Source of the DNA: an uncultured bacterium
Lineage (GTDB): Bacteria; Fidelibacterota; Marinisomatia; Marinisomatales; UBA1611
DNA: 64,000 nt
NCBI GenBank assembly: GCA_943788175.1
Contig: CALSPG010000002.1
Coordinates: forward strand, 37,317 to 101,316
Reading direction: 5' to 3'
Position numbers and translations under genes: made by a program. This document shows, piece after piece, positions 9,397-19,500 of the stretch. The notes under the pieces were generated by a model that saw nothing but the letters and a program-made list of their open reading frames with translations, was not told the origin of the DNA and made no database searches. Numbering within the stretch: position 1 is the stretch's first letter; every line of letters starts with the position of its first letter.

Positions 9397-12300
9397 CTAC
9401 TTAAGCAGTACCATCTTTCTAGTCTGTCTGAACTCTCCTGCTTGGATTGTATAGATATACATTCCAGCTGAAACAGGTTGACCTAGATTATTTGTAGCAT
9501 TCCACTGAATAGATCTAAATCCTGCAACTTGATTCTTATTAACCAATGTTTTCACCTCTCTACCCATCAAATCAAATACATTGATACTTACAAACTCATT
9601 TGCTGGGAGGTCATAGCTAATGCTTGTTGTAGGGTTAAATGGATTCGGATAGTTCTGGTGCAATGCAAATACCTGAGGTATTGTCGCATCAATATCGTTT
9701 GATAGTGTTCCAGCTTGAGTAATGGATACTGTTCCAATTTGACCATCAGTAACAGTTACTACTGTTTGTGGATTCGTTGTCAAATCATACGATGTTTCAC
9801 CAATATGTAGAGAGACTATTAAAGAATCAGGAACATTATAATGCTCGGCATTAATCTGATAATCTCCTGTACCGAAGAATTTCACTGAATATTCTTCAAT
9901 ATTATCTTCACCAATTGAGTTTCTAATGTCCGTTAAATAACTATTACCTAATGGACTATTCCAATCCTCATGAGTAATCCTCATGTACACATCTGTTCCT
10001 GGCGGTGTAGGTGGCGAGACAACATCAAAACCATCATATTCATTGGAGGCTAATTCGCTAAAACCAAACGCAAGATTATTTAAAGTAAAACCCCAATCAT
10101 AATCTAGATCAGTTACCTCTCTACCGCCAGTTTGCTGAATGAAATGCCTTGGGAATTCAAATCCAATAGTGTGCGTTCCTACATAAGAACTTCCAACTAC
10201 GCCAATCCACATACCTTGAATAATATTTGTGGCACTGCTCAATGCGTAATAACCATTAGCAGTCCTATTGTAGATGATAATTTCATTTTGAGTTAAACCC
10301 ATACTAGCAGCCTCGCTCCATGAATAAGCAACTGTATCTCCATCAATTTCATTCAAGAAGACTATTATACTATCTTTTTCTACAGGTCTAGCTCCTGCTC
10401 CTGCCATAATCCAGCCAGGAATAGCATTATGCTCTATATACATTCTACCATCCGTATTAACATTTTCATCATAAAGGTCAGGGTGTTCTCCACCAAAAAA
10501 GAGCAGTTCATTTTCAGCTTCATTGCCAATCCAGAAAGAACTTCCACTTTGAGCAACTTTATCTGTGTTATTTATTAACTCATATGACTGATTATCGTGA
10601 TTCCAATCATATGCAACATATGCTCCGTTTAAATCACCAGCAATAACATCATCAATTACATCACCAGAATAATATGGATGTACAAGACTCCAACCAGGTT
10701 GAATCATACTTAAACCAACAGTGTCGCCAATTACCGTTGCTTGAGCAGTGTGATCTGAGCCAAGAGTTATTCCGTCTTCACTGAACCCTTTCACGGAAAA
10801 AGTGATATTTGGAATATGAGATGCTTGGACTAAAAGTAATAATTCAGTTAAATCAATATTAAGCGTATCATAACCAGATGAATCATAGGCTATGTTCTCA
10901 ATTATTGGAAATTCAGTCGAATTAGATAAGCTATAGACTAAGTCATAATCATATACTTCCGAGGTAAATGCTACATTTAGATCAAGTGTAGTATCTCCTG
11001 GAAATACAGATATTTCATCCAAACCGTTTACGGAGATGAAACCATCTGAACCCTCAGGATTACCAGCAACCAAGGTCACATAAGTAATGGCTGAGTTAGA
11101 GACAGGCATTTCAAAAGAACCACCATAAATTCCATTCATTTGATCTGTCATTAGTACATCATTAACATAAACAGCAAAGTTTTGAAGTGCAGTAAGGTTT
11201 CCAAATGGTAGAACCTCTACGGAAACAGTCCCATTTATGTCAGAATGAACTTCAAGATCAACTGAACGATTAAAGTTCATAAAATCTACATTTCCAATTG
11301 AAATGTAAGAGTAATCATCACCCAAAATATTTTCCCATGAAGGATTGTGCGATACCATCCTTACTCCCTGATTAGGAGCTGCTGGTGGAGCAGGAAGATC
11401 GTATCCAGAGTCATAGCCCATACTAGCCTCATCATTTCCAGCAAAATAAAATGTACTATTCCCAGCATTCTCTACTTGCGTTGTAAGCTGAAAGTACCAT
11501 TCAGGTGCGTTTACATTTCTAGATACATTTCTGCTCTCATTTCCATTTTCATCAATGTGAATGATATCATAATTATAACTTTCACCTGGAGCTAAGGATT
11601 CATCTACGAACTGATTGAAAGACGATCCCGATGCTAATACCTCTCCATTCCTTCTTACCTCAGTGTAAGAATAATCCTCATCCAAAGGAGCATCCCATGA
11701 AAGTGTAGTTGTATAGGTAAATGTAGCAAAACTCACATTGACTGGTTCAACTGGTGCGATATTATCTACTGAATATCCATCCATTGGGCTAGATACAAAG
11801 AAAACATCATCGTCATCTGTATGAGCTACCACTAAAAAGTTTGAAGTAAACATCCCAATATGATTTGAATCAGCAATAGTTGGTGCTGTGTAACCATAAT
11901 TATCAAATTCTTGTGCAGGAGTATCGCCAATATATTCCCAGGCGTTTGTATTTCGTGTATTTAAGCGGAAATACATACCATCTGGTGTAGGTTGTGCCTC
12001 AATAGAACTAGAGCCATCTGTGTCCAATTCACGCCAAATTGAATAGTGCGTTATATCATAAACATCACTGCTGCCATCATAGTGACTACCTGAGAATTGA
12101 ATTCCGACAAACCCGCCTTGATCTTGAGGCATATCTTCAACAACTGTAATACTTGGTTCTCCGCCACCAAGGTTAGATTCTTGAGCACCACAATTATTCA
12201 TGCCTCCATACATGCCCATGTCAGCTGCTAGAGTACCTTTACCGGGAGGCAAACAATTATCATAATCATCAGGGTGTGCAGAATCTATTGCCGGACTAAA

Positions 12301-13846
12301 ATTCGCTAATACTCCAAACTCATTTTCAAATATTGGATTAGCATTTGTTATATTATTTACACCATTAATGTTCAGACCATTTAAAATTGAATATTGAGAA
12401 TTAAATGCAGGATTGCTCGGATAGCTTACATTATTAGCAAAATTGATAATGCTGTTAAGAAAAACAATACTCGAATTTTCTATGCTAATTGAAGCTTGAT
12501 TTTGAACCTGCTCAAGAACTATGTGATTAAACAGAGGGTTTGAATTTTTTAGATAAAATATATTGCCCTTCGTTTCATAAACCATTGAGTTTGAAAAATC
12601 TAAAGTTGAATTTATAATTTCTAGACTTGCTGAAGGCTCTAAAACCGCAGAATTAATATAGTTATTCTGATCATTTTTTATCCTCAAAGCATATAAACGA
12701 TTCCAAGCACCATACCTGCTATAATATTGTAAACGATACTGATAGATACCACCTGATGGTAGAGATGCAGAATAGGTGTGATTTCCGCTTTGAAAATAAT
12801 TTGAATTACTTGAATTGGAACTATTGTATATAGTAACAACACTACTCCATCCTTCATTCCAATCCTCTTCTGGATCAAAATCTCGATATTGAATGCTAAA
12901 GTCGCAATTTGAATTTCCGTTGCTAGAAAAATAAAAATCAAATTCAAGTTGTAGCCCACCATCAATGTTATCAATAAAAGGAGTCTCAAAATAAAAATAA
13001 CCATAGCTTGCACTCATGCGTAAACCGTAATCTCCATCTGAGTTATCAAGATAAATTTGAGGACTATCCATATCATTATGCATTTTAAAAAGAAAAGGCT
13101 CATATGGCTGAATATTTAAAAGGTTTTGTCCATTTCCTCCAGCAGCCGGATAATTAAAGTCTTCATTGAAAATTTCTTGATAAGACGCATTTTGATTTAG
13201 ACTATTTACTGTAGAGATATTTATGTCTGATAAATATGAATATGACATTATTGAACTATCAGAGTTCAAAAAAGACAAACCAAGCCATTCATCATTTTCA
13301 TGACCTATCAATTTAATTAAACTGTCTGGTTTACCCTCTGCTATCAATCTTCCTAATACAGAAAATTGCGTATTATCCTTAAATTTTAACTCTACTCCCG
13401 GCTTTAATTCTAATATATTGCCCTCTTCAACATAAATATCTCCATCAATATCATAAGGTGAATAATCTGCTGATATGACACCAGACAAACTTCCAGTTAA
13501 ACTATTTACTACTTCAGCGTTTAACATAACAGCTGCTGTCCCAAAGGTGCTTCCTGCTAGCACTACTCTGGCTATCAAAATTTCCTACTTGAGGAGGATC
13601 AAAAGTCACAACCACTTGTTGGGTTTGACCATCAGTCATAGCAATCTCAGTTATGTCAACACTATAAAAACTTGGTGGTGTTATTGTTATTGTCTGATCA
13701 AGATTACAAGTAAGCGTAAAAGTTTGCGTTGGGGTATTCCCCATTAAAACATTTCCAAAGTCTAAAGTGGATGGCGATACTACAATTGCATCCTGTGAAA
13801 ATGTTAAAGAAAATAAAAGAATAAATGACGAAAGCATCTTTTTCAT
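9397..13846 (-). CDS. Large secreted multidomain protein (~1480 aa): ASH/choice-of-anchor-D-like, beta-helix-like, FN3-like, C-terminal FlgD-Ig/T9SS type-A-like domain; +1 frameshift near 13567
   Basis: ORF 13514-13846 (signal peptide, VSPSTLDFGNV) joins ORF 9397-13578 on removing one base. C-terminus ALHQNYPNPFNPTT...GMYIY...KMVLLK. Confidence 0.8.
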
Positions 13847-13913
13847 TGATATAGTTCCTCTTGTGTTGAAAAAATATAAACAAATTAAATAAAATATGTT
13901 AGGATTCGATTTA

Positions 13914-14000
13914 ACGGCTTATTATACAAATATCCCACTCCCTCTCACTTATATCAATTTCATATATTAAGTTGAAAAATTGGAATTACATCAAAATAAA
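13914..14000. repeat. ~85-bp imperfect direct repeat, copy 2
   Basis: Matches 9261-9345. Confidence 0.8.
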
Positions 14001-14001
14001 T

Positions 14002-14065
14002 CGTGTCCCGGAAATTAGTGTCCCGTTTTAAGTGTTTTATGATAATTGGTGATAATGTATGATAA
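14002..14065. repeat. Arm-type sites (GTGTCCCG x2) and TGATAA x3 at a 10-bp period
   Basis: GTGTCC at 14003 and 14018. TGATAA at 14040, 14050, 14060. Confidence 0.7.
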
Positions 14066-14122
14066 AAGAAAACCAACGATTTTATAGAGGGCTTGTCGTT
14101 AATAAATGGCGTTTATTCTCAG

Positions 14123-14169
14123 TGCGCCCGACAGGATTCGAACCTGTGACCTTATGCTCCGGAGGCATA
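14123..14169 (-). tRNA. tRNA-Arg(CCG) 3' half only (anticodon arm, T arm, acceptor 3' strand); att site
   Basis: Minus strand TATGC-CTCCGGA-GCATA AGGTC ACAGG-TTCGAAT-CCTGT CGGGCGC A. No D arm or acceptor 5' strand upstream. Confidence 0.85.
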
Positions 14170-14243
14170 GGCTTACATCTATTAAATGACTAATTTGATT
14201 TGATAGATTTCAAAACATCTTTCCTTAATTTATATCAAGCTAT

Positions 14244-14771
14244 ATGATTAATTATCCTTATTTAAGACTATTAAAAGCCTACTACGACTCCAAATCAAAG
14301 GAACCTTTAAAAATTGAGGGTGAATCCATTCTTAGGTTCCGTGCAGGTATTTTTGATATCGATCCCTATATGGAAATCAATAATGGCCGATATCACACTT
14401 TAGGAGATATTGGAAGATTTAACCATGGGTTTCGTACGGGGTTCTATAAAAAATCGAGAAAGCACAACTTAATATTTACCTTAGCAGGAGCAACCGCAAA
14501 GTACCGACACCGAATTCCTTTTTGGAAAAAGTTTGAAATGAGAACCAAACTCGTATTTACAGATGACAGATGGGTTTACTATAAAACAGATTTTCATTCC
14601 GAAGGCAGGTTAAGCTCTAGCATTTTAGCAAGAACAGGCACTGTCAAAAACAGAAAACTTATAACAACAAAAGAAGCGGCTAACTATTTCGAATTAGACG
14701 TTCCAGATTACGATCTACCAGATTGGGTATCTCTCTGGATTAAATCAGATTCAAAATATCCAGGTTTTTAA
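14244..14771 (+). CDS. Acyl-CoA thioesterase (4HBT_2/hotdog family)
   Basis: DIDPYMEINNGRY...DIGRF...YRHRIPFWKKF motif. Confidence 0.8.
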   Translation: MINYPYLRLLKAYYDSKSKEPLKIEGESILRFRAGIFDIDPYMEINNGRYHTLGDIGRFNHGFRTGFYKKSRKHNLIFTLAGATAKYRHRIPFWKKFEMRTKLVFTDDRWVYYKTDFHSEGRLSSSILARTGTVKNRKLITTKEAANYFELDVPDYDLPDWVSLWIKSDSKYPGF

Positions 14772-14780
14772 TATCTTTTT

Positions 14781-15278
14781 TCAATCTTTATCGGAAAGAT
14801 TAAAATGAATAACTGGCATTTGAACCTCTTGCTTTGCTAAGGTAGCTTCTATTTTATAATCGCCATACATACGATTTAGCATATCTGCCGCTTTAAGCCT
14901 TGCTCCAATGATTTGAGAAGTATCCTCAAAAACGCTAGTAAGAAAGGCTGCTCTTTCTTGCCTGGAGCTGACCCTATTACCTCTTTCATCTATTTTTCTA
15001 GCCTCTACAATTGCATCAGACTGGATAAGTCCACAATCTTTGTAGCCCTGCCTTTCTAGCTCTAAACGAATGAGCGGTTTTTTGAGGTTTTCGCATGCTA
15101 TTGTGTGTATGGATTGTCGACTTTTTGTCTTATACCCTGCTGCAATGACTGCTTGAGCACCATCACCGCCACTTTGAATATATGCGTCAACAAAACGCTG
15201 TTGTTTTAGCGTAAGCCGCTTATCAAAAGATAGAGCTCTACTCGATGATTGATTTGTCTGTTGATTTTTCATAATCAA
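14781..15278 (-). CDS. Phage terminase small subunit-like protein
   Basis: LTLKQQRFVDAYIQ...AQAVIAAGY...ACENLKKP...RLKAADML, a Terminase_2-type pattern. Confidence 0.85.
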   Translation of the reverse strand: MIMKNQQTNQSSSRALSFDKRLTLKQQRFVDAYIQSGGDGAQAVIAAGYKTKSRQSIHTIACENLKKPLIRLELERQGYKDCGLIQSDAIVEARKIDERGNRVSSRQERAAFLTSVFEDTSQIIGARLKAADMLNRMYGDYKIEATLAKQEVQMPVIHFNLSDKD

Positions 15279-15406
15279 ACTCCTTTTTATTTGGGAAATA
15301 GGACTCCCGGTTTTTTAATAAGAGTGTGATTATGTTTTATAAAAACCCCATATCATATTATAACAAGACTAACTAAAATCAAATAGTTTTTACGTTATTT
15401 TAATTT

Positions 15407-17629
15407 TTACAGGTTTAATTCCCAGAAGCTTAGCATTTTAGTATAGAGATGAATTCTTGCTTCATCATCTGCAATTCCATGCTTGCGCATGGGATAGAAC
15501 ATCATCTCAAACTGAATATTTTCTTTGACAAGCTCATCGATAAAATGCCAAGAGTTTTGTGGATGAACATTGTCATCGTATGTACCATGAACAAGAAGCA
15601 ATGACCCATGTAAATTTTTAGCAGTCTTGATAAAAGAAGTACTTTCATACCCTTCTGGGTTGTCTAAAGGGCGTTTCATACCAAACTCCGCCCATTTTGT
15701 ATCATAATAATGCCAATCCGTAACCGGCGCAACAGATACACCTGCTTGAAACTCTTTTGTATTGGTCATCATATTGAGCGTGAAGCTCCCTCCACCACTC
15801 CAACCCCAAACGCCAAACCTACTAGGGTCGGTATAGGATTGTGCTTTAAGCCATTTTATTCCATCAACCAGGTCTTCTCTTTCAATAGGGCCTGACATCG
15901 CCCTTAGAACGTGATTTTCAAGCTTCTTACTGATTGCGGTACTCGCACGATGATCGAACTTAACAATCAAATATCCTTTGTTAAGGAGCATGTTATCAAA
16001 GAATAGAGATTGACCTTGCCAGCGATCAAATACAGTTGGCGCGGAAGGTCCTCCATATACATGAAAAATGACCGGATACTTTTTAGAAGGATTAAAATCT
16101 TTTGGTTTTAAGATCTGCGCAGGCATCATAAAATTATCTCTGGTCGGAATCGTAAACAGTTCTGGGGTCTGCAGGTCATACTCTGCCAAAATCTCTGGCC
16201 GATCTCCAATAAGTGTATGCGCAGCTTTACCATCCTTGTTATGAAGGATAAGCGTTGGCGGAGAGGTTCTATCAGAAAACACATCTAAGTAGTAACTACC
16301 GCCCTCATTAAAATATATTTTATGAACGCCAGCGGGTCCAGATAGTTTCTCCATTGTCTTGCCATCCAGGCTAGACCTATAAAGATGCCTCTCCACAGAA
16401 GATTCTTTCATTGCCGTGTAATAAATTTGGTTATTTTTCTCATCTATATTGACCACAGATTGTCTCATCCAGAAGGTTCCACCTGATGATCTTAAAGCCC
16501 AATTTCCATCTGTAATCTGGTTAATAAGTTTGCCCTCATAGGAGAACTGATAAAGGTGCGCATACCCATTTCGCTCGGACTGCCAGATAAAGCTTTTATC
16601 TAAGAAATATAAATCATCCGTGATATTGACCCAGCCGCTATCGGTTTCTGTTAATATTTTTTTAACATTTTTCCCGGTGGCTCTATCAACAAAGAAAAGG
16701 TCTAATTTATCTTGAGCTCTGTTCATGGTCTGAACGCTCAAACGCTCGTTTCCAGGAAGCCACTTTACCCTACATAAATATTCAAAAGGATCTAGGTCTA
16801 CCCATTTCAGTTTTGAATTGCTTAATTCAATAATCCCAAGTTTGACAACTGGATTCTTTGTCCCCGCTTTTGGGTATCGCTGAGTAATAAGCTCAGATTC
16901 TGCTGGCTTCCAATGCACATAATGCATCTTCGTCACCTCAGACTCATCAGTGTTTAGGAACGCAATCGCTTTGGAATCATCTGACCACCAGTACCCAAGA
17001 TCTTTTCTCCCAAATATTTCTTCCCAATAGACCCAAGAAACCGTTCCATTCAAATTGGTTTCTGAACCACTAAAGGTGATTCTTTTTTCTTTTTGTGTTC
17101 GTATATCATAGATATACATATCATTATCTCTTACAAACGAAATTTTCTTGCCGTCTGGTGAAAACCTGGCTCCTTTTTCTTCTGATTTTGAATTCGTTAC
17201 TCTGCGATAGCTTTCATTTGGTACGTCTAAAATGTAAATATCATCTTCAAAGAAGTAGATACCGTGATTACCCGTTGAACTAAAGGAACTTGGCCATTCT
17301 AAATACATAGAGGTATCGGTTCTTCCTACTGCACTTAAAATAGATTTAGAAATTTTTTCACTATCAACAACAGGAACCATTTTCATCGATGAGCTTGGAT
17401 TCATTTTAAGTAGTGTGCGCTCCTCCTTTGGTTTGCGCATATCCATCAAATACAATGTATTATCATTAATCCAAGCGGTTTTGTAACTAGCGCCTACCAT
17501 CCTGCCTTCATCTGAATAAATCCAATCAATATCAAATTTTTCTTCTTTTATTTCATCACTACAGGCTTGAAAAAGAAATAACGGTAACAGTGTGTATTTT
17601 AAGATAGCTCTCATTTGGTTTCCTTTCAA
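15407..17629 (-). CDS. S9B dipeptidyl-peptidase IV family lipoprotein
   Basis: DPP-IV propeller (WVYWEEI), GWSGGG nucleophile, HGTYDDNVH, C-terminal His. Confidence 0.93.
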   Translation of the reverse strand: MKGNQMRAILKYTLLPLFLFQACSDEIKEEKFDIDWIYSDEGRMVGASYKTAWINDNTLYLMDMRKPKEERTLLKMNPSSSMKMVPVVDSEKISKSILSAVGRTDTSMYLEWPSSFSSTGNHGIYFFEDDIYILDVPNESYRRVTNSKSEEKGARFSPDGKKISFVRDNDMYIYDIRTQKEKRITFSGSETNLNGTVSWVYWEEIFGRKDLGYWWSDDSKAIAFLNTDESEVTKMHYVHWKPAESELITQRYPKAGTKNPVVKLGIIELSNSKLKWVDLDPFEYLCRVKWLPGNERLSVQTMNRAQDKLDLFFVDRATGKNVKKILTETDSGWVNITDDLYFLDKSFIWQSERNGYAHLYQFSYEGKLINQITDGNWALRSSGGTFWMRQSVVNIDEKNNQIYYTAMKESSVERHLYRSSLDGKTMEKLSGPAGVHKIYFNEGGSYYLDVFSDRTSPPTLILHNKDGKAAHTLIGDRPEILAEYDLQTPELFTIPTRDNFMMPAQILKPKDFNPSKKYPVIFHVYGGPSAPTVFDRWQGQSLFFDNMLLNKGYLIVKFDHRASTAISKKLENHVLRAMSGPIEREDLVDGIKWLKAQSYTDPSRFGVWGWSGGGSFTLNMMTNTKEFQAGVSVAPVTDWHYYDTKWAEFGMKRPLDNPEGYESTSFIKTAKNLHGSLLLVHGTYDDNVHPQNSWHFIDELVKENIQFEMMFYPMRKHGIADDEARIHLYTKMLSFWELNL

Positions 17630-17741
17630 ATTCTAACAGACGTTAACAACAAAATATAACTAATATGATTTAACGTAGTTTAATTAAAAACAAGAAAACT
17701 GGTTATTTATTCGTTATCAAAACTTGAAGTAATATATACCC

Positions 17742-17891
17742 ATGAAATTCTTTCGAGATGTGTTTAAAACAAGGGATATAACAGATTCAAAAAAAATAGA
17801 TTTTACTCCTTATAACATTATGGTCATTGTTGTAAGACTGTTTATTATTGCTTTTATCTTTTTAACGGTTAGCAGATACGTAGGTATTTAA
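17742..17891 (+). CDS. 49-aa single-TM small protein upstream of pxpB
   Basis: Manual translation MKFFRDVFKTRDITDSKKIDFTPYNIMVIVVRLFIIAFIFLTVSRYVGI*. Stop is 2 nt before the pxpB ATG. Confidence 0.5.
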   Translation: MKFFRDVFKTRDITDSKKIDFTPYNIMVIVVRLFIIAFIFLTVSRYVGI

Positions 17892-17893
17892 TC

Positions 17894-18595
17894 ATGGATC
17901 AAGAAACCTTTAGACCACCAACTATTTTGCCTGCTTCTGATCGGTCGATTATGATTCAGTTTAATCAAGAGATATCCGAATACATTCACCAGCAAGTTCA
18001 TTTTTATAGCACTCTTTTATTAGAAACCCACGAAGATAAAATCAGCAACCTCTCACCTGCTTACAGTTCCATATTAATTCGGTTAAAGGAAGGAATCTCT
18101 ATATGGCGAACCATCGCAAAACTAAAACAATTTTTTAACGAGAATCATGAAATAAAAGTCACCGATAGAACGAGAATCAAAATACCGGTTTGTTATGAAG
18201 GCGGATTTGCACCTGACCTTGCACGCGTTTCCGCCCATACAGGATTAAGCATTAAGCAAATCATTCATAAGCACACAACTGGGAAATATTTAATTTACTT
18301 TTTAGGTTTCTCTCCTGGATTCCCCTATGTCGGAGGTATGGACCCAAACCTTGAAACACCGAGGTTAGAATCTCCGAGAACCAGTGTCCCTGCGGGGTCT
18401 GTTGCTATTGGAGGAAAACAAACAGGCATATACCCAATTCAAAGCCCTGGAGGCTGGAATATCATTGGCAGAACGCCTCTTAATTTATTTAGTTGGAATC
18501 AAGCGAAAACGCCTGCGTTACCCATGGGAGCATCCATTGAGTTCTATTCAATTACAGACCAAGAATTTCACGACAACCAGGAATCACTATTTTGA
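17894..18595 (+). CDS. pxpB: 5-oxoprolinase subunit B (KipI/AHS1 family)
   Basis: IPVCY...LGFSPGFPY...GSVAIGGKQTGIYP..SPGGW. Confidence 0.92.
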   Translation: MDQETFRPPTILPASDRSIMIQFNQEISEYIHQQVHFYSTLLLETHEDKISNLSPAYSSILIRLKEGISIWRTIAKLKQFFNENHEIKVTDRTRIKIPVCYEGGFAPDLARVSAHTGLSIKQIIHKHTTGKYLIYFLGFSPGFPYVGGMDPNLETPRLESPRTSVPAGSVAIGGKQTGIYPIQSPGGWNIIGRTPLNLFSWNQAKTPALPMGASIEFYSITDQEFHDNQESLF

Positions 18596-19500
18596 AGATG
18601 ACGGTGATCAAACAAGGGTTTCAAGACCTGGTACAAGACCTTGGTCGAAATGGCTATACTCATGTTGGCATTTCACCTACGGGAGCTGCAGATAAAGTAT
18701 CGATGAGAATTGCAAATCTTTTCTTGGGCAATCAGGTTAATGATGCTGTTTTGGAGATTACGCTGTTTGGCGGGACGTATCTTTTTGATATGCCAACGAC
18801 AATCTGCCTTTCTGGAAGCCATTTTACTGCAACAATTCGAGGAGATGACGTTCCTTTTAACAAGCCTGTAACTATCCAAAAAAGAGATATACTTTCTATT
18901 GGAGGCTCTACATCAGGCGCAAGGTGCTATCTTGCAATTCAAAATGGTTTTAGTGTTACAGACTTACTTGGCAGCAGCTCAACCCATTTAATGTCCAAAA
19001 CGGGAGGATTCAGAGGAAGAAACCTTCAAAAAGAAGACCAACTAGCTTATAATGAGCCGGAAAAAAGATATTTCCCAATCGATCGAAAGTTTCCAATTGA
19101 CCATAACCGTTCTATCATTAGGGCAACACCTGGCTTGCAACATTCTCTTTTTGACAAACCTACTCAAGAATTATTTTTCAGTAAAGAATACACTGTATCT
19201 CATCAATCTAATCGCATGGGAATTCGTATCCATGGGCCTAAAATACAAAAACGAACACCTGAGGACATCATAACCGAGGGTTTACCGCTTGGAGCAGTAC
19301 AGGTTACAGGTAACGGTGATAGCATTATTACGTTTGTTGACCACCAAACAACAGGTGGATATCCAAAAATTGCAAACGTAATTGCTGCTGACATGCATAA
19401 AGTTGGTCAATTAAGGCCCGGAGATGTCTTTACATTTGAACTCATTACCATGGACAAAGCAGAAACGTATTATCTCGCTCAGGAGCAAATACTTAAATAA
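18592..19500 (+). CDS. pxpC: 5-oxoprolinase subunit C (KipA/AHS2 family)
   Basis: QDLGR, SNRMGIR and DHQTTGGYPKIA motifs. Overlaps the pxpB stop. Confidence 0.92.
   Translation: MKMTVIKQGFQDLVQDLGRNGYTHVGISPTGAADKVSMRIANLFLGNQVNDAVLEITLFGGTYLFDMPTTICLSGSHFTATIRGDDVPFNKPVTIQKRDILSIGGSTSGARCYLAIQNGFSVTDLLGSSSTHLMSKTGGFRGRNLQKEDQLAYNEPEKRYFPIDRKFPIDHNRSIIRATPGLQHSLFDKPTQELFFSKEYTVSHQSNRMGIRIHGPKIQKRTPEDIITEGLPLGAVQVTGNGDSIITFVDHQTTGGYPKIANVIAADMHKVGQLRPGDVFTFELITMDKAETYYLAQEQILK

Larger units (their letters stand above)
2808..14164. mobile_element. ~11.3-kb tRNA-Arg(CCG)-targeted integrative element (tyrosine integrase, xis-like, rep-like, cargo)
   Basis: 14-bp direct repeats covering the anticodon loop, integrase adjacent to one end, and near-identical arm-site pairs at 2882-2905 and 14002-14025 (22/24). 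Confidence 0.8.

Noticed and set aside
631-14169. Classical integron or CRISPR array
   Set aside because: The repeats are tRNA-derived and kb apart. I saw no attC-type palindromes, no obvious IntI-specific insertion, no cas genes and no regular repeat-spacer period.
14123-14200. Intact tRNA-Arg gene
   Set aside because: No D arm and no GCGCCCG acceptor 5' strand. Only the 3' half is present.
14781-15406. Full prophage
   Set aside because: Only TerS is present, with no TerL, portal, capsid, tail or lysis genes.
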